Source of the DNA: Octopus sinensis | Lineage: Eukaryota | Length of the DNA: 64,000 nucleotides | Direction: 5' to 3' | NCBI RefSeq assembly: GCF_006345805.1 | Contig: NW_021832015.1 | Span: 62,001-126,000, forward strand | In this document: piece after piece, positions 24,983-38,235 of the stretch | How the letters are laid out: the number at the start of each line of letters is the position of its first letter | Position numbering within the stretch: position 1 is the stretch's first letter | Translations under genes and position numbers: made by a program | Notes under the pieces: model-generated | What the model was told of the DNA's origin: nothing | Databases searched by the model: none | Seen by the model: the letters and a program-made list of their open reading frames with translations, nothing else

Positions 24983-27900
24983 CAGTAGTTTTATTTTTAT
25001 AGCGTGCTTTCACTTCACTACTACCGAGCGCAGCTCTGTGTGCCTTGGGTATGTACTGTGATTTGTTGTGATGCTCTGATGGTTATTGTATGAAAGTGTT
25101 CTGCGTAGGATGTGTGCAGTGCCTAGTAGTGCAATTTTCTGTATGTTATATGTGTTTGTAAGTCCTGGTGTTTTTGTTATGTATTTGTCTGAATATTTTT
25201 TTATCATGCCTAATGCACCTACTATGATAGGAATTGTTTCTGTTTTCAGATTCCACATTCTAGTTACCTCTATTTCCAGGTCTTTGTATTTTGAGAGTTT
25301 CTCCATTTCTTTTAGAGACACGTTGTCATCAGCCGGTATTGATACATCAATTAGAAAGTATTTTTTTTCTTCATGATCTCTGACAACTATATCTAGTCTG
25401 TTGGCCTTAATTTCTCTATCTGTGTGTATCGGCATATCCCAGAGTATGGTTGCTTTCTCGTTTTCTGTGACCTTTTCTGGTGTGTGCCTATACCATCTTT
25501 TTTCTGTTGTTATTCCATAATGTTGGCATAGCTTCCAATGTATGTAGGTTCCAACTCTGTCATGTTGTGAATATATTCCTTCTTAGCCAGGACTGGGCAG
25601 CTAGAGATAATATGATTTATTGTTTCTTGTTCATCTCCACATATTCTGCAGTTACTTGTAATTTTCTTTTCATTACATGTTTTTGGTAATTTCTGGTGGG
25701 GAGGCTTTGGTCTTGTGCTGCAATTAAAAATCCCTCTGTTTCTGCTGCTTTGAGTCCTGAGCTTCTCAACCATTGCTGGGATTTTTCTTTGTCTATTTCT
25801 TTTGCGTTTAGTTTAGTCCAGTATTTACCATGAAGGGGCTTTTCTTGCCATCGTTTTATCATGGTTCGTTGCTGTTCTATTTTTAGTTTGGATTTCATTT
25901 GTTTTATAGCTTTTGTTGTTTTTCTTCATCTTCTTCTTCTTCTTCATGTTTATTAGGTGGTATGATTTCTTGTTTGTATTTGTCAGCTTCCTAAAATACT
26001 GAGAACAGTTTTTTGTTTTGCTCGTGTTTTGCCGCTATCTGGATCAGTTTTCCTTCCTTCTGAAGTAGATATTTTTGCAGTCCTATGGTGGTTATTTTAT
26101 AGTAGTTTTCCAGGTGTATAAGGCCTCTACCACCTTCTATACGTTGTATATATAGTCTTTCTATGTCAGATTTTGGGTGATGCATCGTAGATCCTGTCAT
26201 TATTTTTCTTGTTTTCCTATCTATTTTGGTCAGTTCATTTCGTGTCCAGTTAAGGATATTGTAGCTGTAACTTATAACTGGGACAGCTAAAGTGTTGATA
26301 CCTATTATCTTGTTTTTAGCATTGAGCTCTGTTTTTAGTATTGATCTAACTCGTCTATAATATTCTTTTTTTATTTTCTCTTTCATTTGTGTGTGTTGTG
26401 TCTTATCTAGTTCATGGATTCCTAAGTATTGTAAGTTTGGCTTTGGTCTAATTCTTTTATTTCATTGGTTTTATCTAGTGTGATGTTGTTACTGTTAACT
26501 AGTTTTCCTCTTTTCATGGTTACTTTGGCGCATTTTTCTAATCCAAATTTCATATCTATTTCTTTGGTAAATCCATGAACTGTCTTTAATAGTGTTTCCA
26601 GCTGTTTGTCATTTGCAGCGTATAGTTTTAGGTCATCCATATATAAAAGGTGGCTGATCGTTTTGCCGTAACATTTATATCCGCATCCAGTTCTATTTAG
26701 CATATCAGATAGAGGTGACAGTGCCAAGCAGAAAAGGAGTGGAGAGAGCGTGTCTCCCTGGAATATTCCTCTTCTAATGGGGATGTCTTTGGTTTTCATG
26801 AGTCCCTCTTTTGTTTGGAGGTGTAGGACTGTTTGCCATTTATTCATAGAGTGCTCTATGAATTTTATGATTGCTGGTGCTACTTTGTTAATGGCTAGTG
26901 TTTCGAGGATCCATGTGTGGGGGATGCTATCAAACGCCTTTTTGTAGTCAATCCAGGCCATACTGAGGCCTTTCTCTTTCTGTGGCTGTCTTCAGTTATG
27001 GCTTTATTAATCATTAGTTGATCTTTACAGCCATATGAGCCTTTGCGGCATCCTTTCTGCTCTTCTGGGAACAGTTTGTTTTCGTCCAGGTGCTTGTTCA
27101 GCTTTTGTGATATCACTGCAGTAAATGCCTTGAACATAGTAGGGAGGCAGGTTATTGGTCTGTAGTTTTCTGGTTTTTCTGTTTCATTTGATTTGGGAAT
27201 TAAGATGGTTTTCCCCTTCGTGAGCCATTCATGCATTGTCTCTGGCTCTGCCAGTATGTTGTTAAAGTTTTCAGCCAGCTTTTTGTGCATTCCTGTTAGA
27301 TATTTCAACCAGAAGTTGGGGATCTTGTCATGCCCAGGTGCCTTCCAGTTGCTTAGTCTTTGCAGTGCCTGGGTGACCTATTCAGTTGTTATGGGGGTCC
27401 AAAGTTGTTCAGATGCCGAGTTTGTTATTTTGATACTCCTTTTTTTTGGTGGTTCGTTCGCCGACCATATTCTCTCTCCAGAATTCTTCCAATTCTTCTG
27501 CCGTTGGTGCTGCAGTGACTTCTATTTTATTTTTGCCCAGTTCTTGGTAGAACTTTTGGGGGTTGGAGTTGAACTTTTTGTTTTCTTCAAAGAAGCGTTG
27601 GCGTTTCTCGTACCGGCGGATCCTTTGTGCTTTGGCAAGGATATCTTGCTTCAGCTTTTCTTTTATTTCAGGCAAATCTTTCTGTGTGATGTTATATTTG
27701 CGGAGTATTTTTGTTCTCTTTTTGTTGCTCAGTAGCGTTGATTGTTTGCTGATTTCATTAAGAATCGACAGGTTTTTCTAATTTTTTTAATTTTGTTTTG
27801 GATGTTATTTATCCACAGGGTTTGTTTGGGTGGTGGTACTCCTGTTTGAGCGGGTTTGGGTGAGTATCCAGCTTCTTTTGTGGCTGCAGTGGCTGCTGCG

Positions 27901-29198
27901 TATATTAAGTCATTTAGCTCAGTGATATCACTTTTTTTTTATTCAGTGGCTATCAGTTCAGTGACGGCTAGGTTTATGCTGTTTATAATAGGTGTTGTTA
28001 TTTCGTTTATTTTGATTCTTGGGAGGTATGGTCGGTGGTCCATTTTGAGCTCTGTGGTTGTCAGTTCTTTGATTATTTTATTTTTTGTATTATCATAATC
28101 ATTAGGCTCCCCTGCGTTGTTTACATCGTGTTTGTTGGGAATGTTGCATTTGTCTTCGTGTTTTACAGTTTCAGTGTTTATATTATTGGGCATTGTTGTG
28201 TGGCTTCTATCTACATTTTCCTGGTGTATGTTTTCTTTTAGGTGTTCTATTTCTATTTCTGATATTTTTTGTGTGTTGAGAGTGTATTTTCGTACGTTAG
28301 CTAATTTATTAGGGTTCATTGCTGTATCCAAGTCTATATCTCTATTATTTTCCTTCCATATTTTATATGTGTTGTTGTATTTTTATTTTTTGGGTAGAGT
28401 ACTGCTGTGAAGTATGCGTGTAAGATAGAAATGTATTCCTCACGTGTCCATTTACGTCTTTTGGGTTTTATTTGCGGGACATGAGGTACAACGTCCGGCC
28501 CATTATTTTGACGGTCGTCATTTTCGTAGGGTTCCGGTCCGTTTATTTCTGTTGTCACATTATTTCGCACGTGTAGTTTTTCGTACATTTTTTGTTGTAA
28601 GTTTAATGTACGTACCGCTCGATTGTTATTATTGGGTTGAATAGTATCGGTGGCATTTAATTTCTTCGTAGTTCCTTTGTACATGGTGTTTGGGGTCGGG
28701 GATGATCGTGATGTTCCACCCATGTTTACATGTGTTGCGTTAGAGGCGGAGATGATATCGAGTCAAAATACATCATTTCGTTTCGAAAATAGTAATAAAT
28801 TTCAATTAGTATTACTTACTCGGATACAGTCCAATTCTTTGTTAGTAAAACTTTGGCTCCATAGGATGTCCTTGTTTTCGATGTTTGTGGATAGATTTCG
28901 GAGCTCTGTATTTTCCTACTTACATCTTAAACGTCCCCGGTGTTCTCTCTTCCGTTCCGGTGTTCTTTTCCGTTCCCGGTGTTCTCTTCCGTCCCCGGTG
29001 TTATTATTATTATTAATTATTATTATTATATTATTATTATATTATTATTATTATTATTCTATGTTTGACTTTTGCTTTATGTCTGTACAAGTTGGCTCAA
29101 GTCTCACCAGAGACCTCAAGAGACAACAGGTTGAAGTTCTGTGCCATATATTTGGGTTTTTTTTGGTGTTGTACTAGTGAATGTCCCCCGGTGTTCTC

Positions 29199-29200
<2 letters not shown>
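24983..29200 (-). mobile_element. Near full-length R4/Dong-like RLE retrotransposon (family A), frameshifted
   Basis: N-terminal KRRKWTREE. RT motifs NYRPITCL, WIDYKKAFDS, GIFQGDTLSP and YMDDLKLY. CRICGDEQETINHIISSC. RLE ANRLDIVVRD..LIDVSIP. (TAA)n at both ends on the element strand. Confidence 0.93.
29003..29185 (-). mobile_element. Short 3' end of a family C R4-like element with (TAA)n tail, inserted in the 5' repeats of family A
   Basis: Matches 35525-35670. Flanked by the 10-bp direct repeat CCCCGGTGTT at 28993-29002 and 29186-29195. Confidence 0.8.
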
Positions 29201-29243
<43 letters not shown>

Positions 29244-29416
29244 TATTATTATTATTATTATCATCATCATTAGCTTCACTTTACCCAATATATCTATTGA
29301 TTATTTCTCACTAATCTAAAATGAAACTATTCACCGTAAAATAGTCCCCCCCACCACCACCACCACCACGGAAAACTACAAAAGACAACATTGATTTATC
29401 TATTTTCTTCTTACAG

Positions 29417-29647
29417 GAAGATGCCCTTTAGATTTGATTTACAATACTGCTCTATATTATAACAATGATCTGAATATCATTGATGGTATTAATTACACGC
29501 AATGTCTGCTTGATTGCGAAGCAATACCAAATTGCCGGTCGTTTGACTATAACTCTAATTCCAAAAGATGCCAGTTGTCAACTAAAGATCATACAACTGT
29601 TAAATTGAGTTTTAACACGGAGTGGACTTACACCGAAATAAACAGAG
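29417..29647 (+). CDS. PAN/apple domain exon 2 (phase 1-1)
   Basis: Acceptor TTTTCTTCTTACAG| and donor G|GTAAGG; 231 nt. RCPLDL...YTQCLLDCEAIPNCRSFDYNSNSKRCQLSTKD...WTYTE is a textbook PAN_1 pattern. Confidence 0.9.
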
Positions 29648-29999
29648 GTAAGGGCGTAATTTTTTGTTCTTTTATTTATTTATTTTGTTGGAATTATACG
29701 CTGCCAGTTGGACAAGACTTAGGCACCACCTTCAAAAATGTGTTAGTCTGTATATATATATATAAAGAGACCGATAGAATAAGTACTAGTCTTACAAAGA
29801 ATAATTCCTAGGATCGACTCGTTCGACTAAAGGTGGTGTTCCAGCATGGCCGCAGTCAAATGGCTGAAACAAGTAAAAGAAATAAAAGAATACATACATA
29901 CATACATACATACATAAATATATACATACATACATACATGCATACATACATACATACATACATACATACATACATACATACATACATACATACATACAT

Positions 30000-30400
30000 A
30001 CAAAGATATAAGAACCCACAGTATCGTAGAAGCCTCAGTCACTCATAAGAAGAAAGAATACAAGTAGAATGTCCCAGTGAAAACCTCAGTAAAATGTAAG
30101 CACAACAGAAACTGTGAACAGTAGAGGAAAGCAGCTGCCCGACGGATGTTAACATAAAGCTGAAGAGCAGTAAAAAAGAAAATACTTACGCTGAACTGAG
30201 AAATTTGCAGTTACTCTATCCGGATTACAAGTTCAAGGTTATACATGTAATTATTGGGGCACTGGGATATGTAACAAACTGCCTAAGCATCAACCTTGAG
30301 AAATTAGGCTTCTCAAAACCAGAAAGGAGAAAGCTGATTCGGAGACTACAGATCCAAGCCAACTTTTCAGAAGTTTACCATTTAAGCATAAAGCGAATGT
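30000..30400 (+). mobile_element. RLE-type non-LTR retrotransposon C-terminal fragment
   Basis: QLLYPDYKFKVIHVIIGALGYV..LEKLGF resembles the C-terminal IIGALG motif of RLE elements. Confidence 0.6.
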
Positions 30401-30699
30401 CTAGTTATGCAAGTATATGCATGAGAATACACACATAAAACAAAACATACAAATCTGCACATGCGCTGACTCCAAATACTGCACATATGCATGCATACAT
30501 GCAAAAATACTCTGTTGATGTTGATTAAATTCCAATGAAAGAACCTTGAATAGGTTAGAAAGTGGCTCGAAATGAAAGTGAATGACGACGCACATAAAAC
30601 TGGTATTCCGTCTTCCATTTGATCCGTTCAATGGAATATCCTGCTCATGAAATTAAAGTGCAAGTAGTTGAATACGCTTTGAAGGAAGGAGGCGCGACA

Positions 30700-31335
30700 A
30701 TATTCACGACGGACTCGGTTGATAAACTAACTCGTCCCACACGCGATAGCAGTCGTTCGACATAAACCGGAAATGGCTGGACATTGTACGAGAGCGTGCA
30801 GAATGGTTTCGTCGCTCTGATCGTATTTCGAGCAGGTCGGTCCAGTGTCCCACGACGGAGGCGCTGCTGGACAGCATGGGCTTGCTTCTCCAGATGCCGG
30901 GCCGCAAGCCCACTGACTTTTCCTGGTTGATTTTTACTCCCGTTACTGCTTCGTAGTCTTTCAGTGTCTCGCCGACCAGCCCGATGTGGTCGTGGCTAGA
31001 CACTATTACGGTGACGTAGTCCGCGTATGCAGACACACTCCTCCCGCATCCCAATTCTCGCGAGATGCCCTTCAGAGTCGCCAGCTTCCGCAGTAGTGGA
31101 TCGAGAGTCAATACGTATAGAAGCGACGAGAGGGGGCATCCCTGACGGACCGAACGTACAATGTCGAAAGGTCTCGATAGATGTCCATTCACGCGAATTA
31201 CCGAACGGATACCTCTGTACAACACAGCTATCCAGCCGCGGAATACGGGACCGAAACCAGCCGCTATGAGATCAGCCTCCAATATCGATTGTCTACCCTA
31301 TCGAAAGCTTTACATTGATCCAAATTGATCAGAGC
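30700..31335 (-). mobile_element. Tx1-type L1 RT fragment (same family as 9669-13490), internally deleted
   Basis: VRQGCPLSSLLYVLTLDPLLRKL...SAYADYVT; near-identical to 11170-11650. Confidence 0.9.
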
Positions 31336-31350
31336 AATATAGATATATAT

Positions 31351-31396
<46 letters not shown>

Positions 31397-31546
31397 AGGG
31401 AGAGAGAGACTATGTAAAAGAAACAGAAAGAGAGAGAGCATGGCAGAAATTAAAGAGAATGAGAAATGGGAGATGTAAAATATAAAAAGTCTGAAATGAG
31501 GCGGAAGTGGCGAAACAAATGAGTGTATATATGTGTGTGTGTGTGT

Positions 31547-31611
<65 letters not shown>

Positions 31612-31667
31612 GGGGGGAGAGGGGAATATATATCTAACCCTAACCTATCAATATATTCGTAAACTTG

Positions 31668-31880
31668 ACAGCGGCGAGTTGGCAGAATCGTTAGCACGCC
31701 GCCCGAAATAATTGGCTGTATTTCGTCTGTCTTTACGTTCTGAGTTCAAATTCAGCCGAGGTCGACTTAGACTTTTATCTTTCGAGGTCGATAAATTAAG
31801 TACCAACTGCATACTGGGGTCGATCTAATTGACTGACCCCTCTCCAAAAATTTCGCACCTTGTGCCTAGAGTAGAAAAGA
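31668..31880 (+). mobile_element. tRNA-derived SINE (GGCGGCGAGCTGGCAGAA family)
   Basis: Family consensus seen in multiple copies in this window. Confidence 0.85.
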
Positions 31881-32284
31881 ATATATTCACTCTCACTATC
31901 TTCACCTCTGCCTCACTTCTTTTATTTATCTCTTATTTTTGTCCTACAGTTAATCTTTGCTTGCTATATGCTTGCCTATCTCTCATCTATCATTATTCCT
32001 ATTTATAAATTTAATTAGCGTGTCGCTAGTCACCTACTAAATTGCATACTATTTACGACAGAAACGGTCAAGTACGAAACAAACGAGAGATAGGGAGAAA
32101 GGGTCGTGGGAAGGTGGTGGGAAAACACAGTTACAGTGAGTGATAAGCTGAGCAGACGACACATTACATCTTGCGAATAAATGGGAAGTGCAGACGACCG
32201 ATCTCGTAGTGATCAAAAAGAAAATAGAATATCAATTTGTTACGTCGTAGCTGGGATTTCTTTTTCACCTTTTATCTTTTCACT

Positions 32285-32540
32285 CTTATCGTTTACTTAT
32301 TTCAGTCAATAGACTGCGGCCATTCTGGGGCACCGCCTTGAAGAATTTTTAGTCGAAAGAATCGATTCCACTCCTTTTTGTTTTAAGCCTGGTACTTATT
32401 CTATCGTTCTATTTTGCCGAACCGCTAGATCACAGGGATGTAAATACACCAACACCAGTTGTCAAGCGTAAGTGAAGGACAAATACAGACACAAACACAC
32501 ACACACATGCTCTCACACATACTTACATGCACACAAAGAC
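32285..32540 (-). mobile_element. Partial SINE (GCAGGAGTGGCTGTGTGG family, 3' half)
   Basis: GACTGCGGCCAT.CTGG.GCACCGCC...GCCGAACCGCTA. Confidence 0.75.
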
Positions 32541-32569
32541 ACATACACACATACATATATGATAAAGAG

Positions 32570-34410
32570 AAGTGATGATTTGGAATTCCTTCTCTTCCCT
32601 TTACTCTTTCCTTTCCAAATCTCTTTCTTATTCTTACTAAAAAGCTTCAGATCATCCATGTAGAGCAAATGGTTAATTCTTCCCTTACTATCTCTAAACT
32701 AATAACCTGTATTTATCTTCCTTAATACTAAACTGAGGTGGGATTAAGCATAACACAAACATTAAGGGTGATAACAAGTCTCCTAGGAAAATTCCTCTCT
32801 TGATATTAACTTTCCCTAAGGCCGTATCACATGAGTAAAGATCTACTTTCCAATTCTTTATGCTATAGCTCTTATGTTGTCTGCCATACTAAACATTCTT
32901 AATCATTCACTTATCCATGAGTGTAGAATCATGTCGTAGGCTCTCTTATAATTTATCCATGTTATTCTTTCTAGATTTCACTTCTTTTAGGACTACTTTC
33001 TCTATGCATAATAGATTATATGTTCCTATAGTCTTCTTCCTGTGGCCTTTCAGTTCTGATAATGAATTTTGGCTTGTCATAAACGCTTTCTGAGAGCATT
33101 TCTGTTAAAAGCTTCCACACTAATGGTAAGCAAGTGATAGGTCTATAATTGCTAACTGTATTACTCTTGCTTTTGTCTTTCATAAGGTGTGCTGTTCTCC
33201 CTCTAGTCTTCCAATCTGGTACTATTCCTCCATTCATGCAATCCTGAAGTTGTTCCCTCTGCCTCCCATGTAAGCTACTAATTTTCTTTAACCAGTACTC
33301 TTGAACTAAGTCTGGCCTCGAGCCCTTCCAATTCGACATTTTTCCGAACACTTTACTCATTAATGCTCTAGTTAGTTTTACTGCTTCTCACTAACTACAT
33401 CTTCTCTCTCTTTAAGTATACTGCATCTCCATTACGATTAACTGGCTTATCCTAAATATCATTCTAGCTTCCTCTACATTAGGCTTCTCATCTGCTACAC
33501 AATTATTCAGCGATAAAAAATTTTGGTCTGTCTCATACAATTTGTTCTGTTGATACTGATCTATTCTTTTCTGATATCTGGAAAACTTACCTGCTATTGT
33601 TATGATACGCTGTTTCAGCCTTCTATGACAATCCCAAATCTTTTTTCTTTGACTAAGTATTTTTCTCAAGAAAATATTTAATTCTTGTGTTTCCTAACCT
33701 GTACAGTTTCCAGACTTCTATTCTTAGATGATATCTTAAAGTCTTCACTTTATTCTCTAATCCCCTTTTCCACATTTGCTCCTTCCTATTCTTTTCTTGA
33801 AGAATATCTATTCTGCTACTAGCAGAATTACTATCCCTCTTGCATAGATCAATAAGTTAGTGTCACCTATATTTTTAGTATTTGTCCTAATCTACTATCC
33901 TAATAATATCTGGCAACTTCTTTCTATTAATATCTTTTAATGCTCGTAATCTTTTTTCTTTCTTCTTTACTCATAGCTTCCTTCAAGTCATCCAAAATCT
34001 TCTGATCTTCCTCACTTAATTCTCTGGTGTCAGTCTTTTTCTTCCTGGTCGGTGGTGATATCATTTTTTTTTCTTGTAGGCTCTTCTTTGTATTGTATCA
34101 CTTGTTGTTTGGCGGTTCTATTTCATTTCTCTTCTTTATTTCTCTTGTGATCTCTTCTACCTCCAACAGTGTCATCCACGTTTCCTCCTAATGGCATTAG
34201 CTTGGTCCACTAGTCTCTGTTCTATTACATCGAACATCTTTTTTTTCTCAAAGTGTTAACATGCATTTTCTGTAACCCCTTACTTCGGCTTCATTTTCAA
34301 AGTAGCATTGTATCACTACACTCTTCTCTTTGCTTAACACTGTTCGTGCGGTTTTTTTTTTTATCTTGGCAGCTTCATTATGCACCTGGTGTTATTTTAC
34401 CTTTATCATT
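32570..34410 (-). mobile_element. Old, degraded R4/Dong-like retrotransposon (family F)
   Basis: KMSNWKGSRPDLVQEYWLKK...NYRPITCLPLVWKLLT; (TAA)n at the 5' flank (34425-34485). Confidence 0.75.
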
Positions 34411-34411
34411 A

Positions 34412-34486
<75 letters not shown>

Positions 34487-34487
34487 C

Positions 34488-34700
34488 AAGGCGGCAAGCT
34501 GGCAGAATCATTAGCGCGCTGGACGAAATGCTTAGCAGTATTTCGCCCGTCGCTACGTTCCAAGTTCAAATTCTGTCGAGGTCAACTTTATGTCTCATTC
34601 TTTCGGGGTCGATACAATGAGTACTAGTTAAACACTGGGGTCGGTATAATCGACTCACCCTCCCCCAAAATACTGCCCTTGCGGAAAAATTTGAAAGCAT
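34488..34700 (+). mobile_element. tRNA-derived SINE after (ATT)n
   Basis: GGCGGCAAGCTGGCAGAATC... family consensus. Confidence 0.85.
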
Positions 34701-34924
34701 TATTTTTTTAAACTTTTAATATACATGTTTGTTGCAATCACTTGCCGAGATACGCCCAGCGTCCTAGAGCGAGTGAAGGATAAGACATGACTGGAAGCTT
34801 GGGGAGGGGTAGTGGCAGGGGCATTAGCGAAGTATCTTCATGTAATACAACACAGACATTTAAATTGATAAGCTTTTTCTAAGGTTGGAGGCAGTATCTG
34901 TTAGCACAATCTTTTCGATTTCTC

Positions 34925-35195
34925 TGAGACATGGTTCTCTTGGGATCTTATCAAGATGCTTCTGACCTCCCTTTTTATATCATACCTAGGGTACCTACAA
35001 TAACAGGAACAGTTCTCGCTTTAAGATGCCACATCTTTTGTATTTCAATTTCCAGGTCCTTATATTTACTTAGTTTGTCAAATTCCTTGACAGATATATT
35101 TTTATCGGTGGGAACACTTACATATATTAGTCTACAAGTATTTTCTTCCCTGTTTTCAATAATTATGTCTGATCTATTAACCTGGATGCCGAAAA
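34925..35195 (-). mobile_element. R4-like RLE 3' fragment
   Basis: Minus strand encodes ...DIWHLKARTVPVIVGTLGMI. Confidence 0.7.
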
Positions 35196-35435
35196 GGACC
35201 CAATGGCACCAAGGACCACGTTATCTGTTCGCAAGTCAACGTCGTAGAGGTTGCTCTCGTTCATATTTTAAATTTAAATTTCTATAATATTGAATTTTTA
35301 TCACTTCTTATTTTGAACTTAACAGACAGGCTTACTGCCTAAATATCATTCAACCACCAAAATAGCTATTACAATCGAATCGTGCTTTCGTCTTGACTGT
35401 TTACCTTTGTGAAGAGTTATGTCAATCCTTTTTAA

Positions 35436-35524
<89 letters not shown>

Positions 35525-35526
<2 letters not shown>

Positions 35527-37668
35527 GTTTGACTTTTGCTTTACATTTGTACAAGTTGGCTCCACGTCTCACCCAGAGACCTCAAGAGACAAGTTGGAAG
35601 TTCATGTTGGTGTTATGCCTAGGGTGCCATATATTTGGTTTTGTACTTAGCGTTGTACTAGTGAATGTCTAAAAAAACCATACGAAAATTATGTTTGTTT
35701 TAAAACTTGAGATTACATACAAAGTATTTTGCGTAGGATATGAGCAGTTCCTATGAGCACTATCTTTTGAATTTCTGCCATTTGGGGGTTTCCTAGTATC
35801 TGAGTTAGGTAGCTATCAGCCCCTTTTGCTATCATTCCCAGGGCACCAATGACAACAGGTATTGTTTTAGTCTTTAGGTTCCACATTTTGCTGATTTATA
35901 TTTCAGGATCTTTATATTTGCTCAGTTTTTGGTAGGTCTTGACAAATATGTTTATATCGATTGGGACAGTCATATCAATGAGGAGGCATGTTCTTTGTCT
36001 GAAGTCTTTCAATATGATGTCTGGCCTATTTGCATCTATCTTCCTGTCAGTTTGAATGGTGAAGTTCCAGAGGAGTGAGATGTGATCATTTTCAAGCACT
36101 GAAGGTGGTTTGTGTCCCCACCAGTTTTTATCATGGGGCAAGTCAGGCTTTTGCAAATTACCCAGTGAATATATTGTGCAGCTCTATCATGCCTGTTGAG
36201 ATACTCTGTAGGTGCAAGAAGACTGCACTTGGAGACAACATGATCAATCGTTTCATTTTGTTGTTGACATACACAACATGTTGAGATACTGCCGTTCTTT
36301 AATATGTTGGTCTGGTAGTTCCTTGTAGGTAGGCATTGATCTTGAGCTGCTATGATAAACCCTTGTTTCAGATTTTAAGCCAGAGGCCATTAGCCATTGA
36401 TGGGTCAGGGCTTTGTCAACATCGGCATTATTCGCTCTCTTTGGGTATTTGCCATTGAGAGGTTTTTCTTGCCATTTATCAATCAGAATATCTAAGGCAG
36501 CAGTTTTAGCACGGGTTTTCGTGCGCTTAACTTTTTCTGTGCTTGTTTCTTGTATGTCTAATTCCAAAGTTTGTTGTATTCGGAATTCACTTAGATATTG
36601 CTTTGCCTGTTTTGTTACTGAGTATGATGCTTTCTTGTTTTCATGTTTTGAGACAAGTTTTAACATCCAACCCTCAGAGTTTTTCAGGTAGGTGTCTAGG
36701 CCAATTGTAGCAATCTTCATTGTTATTGCCAGTTGTAAAAGTCAACGGCCTCCCTCTTTTCTTGGCAGATAAGGTCGTTCTATATCTGCCTTAGGGTGGT
36801 GCATTCTATGCATTGTCAACAGTTTTCGTATTTTTCTGTAAAGATTACACATTTCAGTAACTGACCAGTTAACGATATTGAAACTTTAAGACACGACTGG
36901 TATGGCTAAAGCATTGATCGCTTCGATCCTGTTTCTCGCATTCAGCTCTGTCTTGAGTATTGCTCTTACTCTGCGATAACATTCTCTCCTGATCCTTTCC
37001 TTCATCACTGAATGCCTTATTCCGTCCTCTTCAATTACCTCTTGGTACTTGTAGCTCTCCGCTGGGTCTAACTCTTTTATGACATTCTGCTGGTCAAGGT
37101 TAACGTTAGATGTTTCTGTCATTTTTCCTTTGATAAAGGTAGCTTTTGCATATTTATCTAGGCCAAATTGCATTCTAATGTCATCACTGAATTGTTTAAC
37201 AATCGCTAGTAAGCCCTTGAGTTGTTGGTCATTTTTTGTAAAGAGCTTTAAATCATCCATGTAAATGAGATGATTTATATTTTTATCAAACATTTTATGT
37301 CCGTACTGTGCGTCATTGAGCAATTTTGAGAGAGGTATTAAGGCTAAACAAAAGAGGAGTGGTGATAGTAAGTCACCCTGGAAAATGTCACATGAAATTT
37401 TTACATCACCAGCATTTAGAGATTCATTGTCACTGTTCAAAGTTAGTGTGGTTCTCCATGATCTCATACTTACAGACAAAAAGTTTCGCAGATTAGGCGC
37501 TATTTTATACAATTCCAGACATTTCTTAATCCAGGTATGTGGTAGGCTACCAAAAGCTTTTTTATAGTCTATTCAGGCTATTGATAAGTTTTTATGTCGT
37601 TTGTGACAATCTTCTAAGATCATCTTATTGATGAGTAGCTGATCTTTACAACCATAGGATCCACGTTT
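35525..37668 (-). mobile_element. R4/Dong-like retrotransposon, 5'-truncated (family C)
   Basis: DIFQGDLLSP, YMDDLKLF, FGLDKY, zinc-knuckle region, LLWNFTIQTDRKIDANRPDIILKD..LIDMTVP; (TAA)n tail at 35437-35524. Confidence 0.9.
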
Positions 37669-37692
37669 ATAATTATTATTATTATTATTATT

Positions 37693-38128
37693 CAGTAGTT
37701 TTATTTTTATAGCGTGCTTTCACTTCACTACCGAGCGCAGCTCTGTGTGCCTTGGGTATGTGCTGTGATTTGTTGTGATGCTCTGATGGTTATTGTATGG
37801 AAAGTGTTCTGCGTAGGATGTGTGCAGTGCCTAGTAGTGCAATTTTCTGTATGTTATATGTGTTTGTAAGTCCTGGTGTTTTTGTTATGTATTTGTCTGA
37901 ATATTTTTTATCATGCCTAATGCACCTACTATGATAGGAATTGTTTCTGTTTTCAGATTCCACATTCTAGTTACCTCTATTTCCAGGTCTTTGTATTTTG
38001 AGAGTTTCTCCATTTCTTTTAGAGACACGTTGTCATCAGCCGGTATTGATACATCAATTAGAAAGCATTTTTTTTTCTTCATGGTCTCTGACAACTATAT
38101 CTGGTCTGTTGGCCTTAATTTCTCTATC

Positions 38129-38129
<1 letters not shown>
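37693..38129 (-). mobile_element. Family A 3' fragment (RLE end plus 3' UTR)
   Basis: Aligns to 24983-25420 with only about half a dozen differences. Confidence 0.92.
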
Positions 38130-38174
<45 letters not shown>

Positions 38175-38181
38175 TATATTG

Positions 38182-38235
<54 letters not shown>

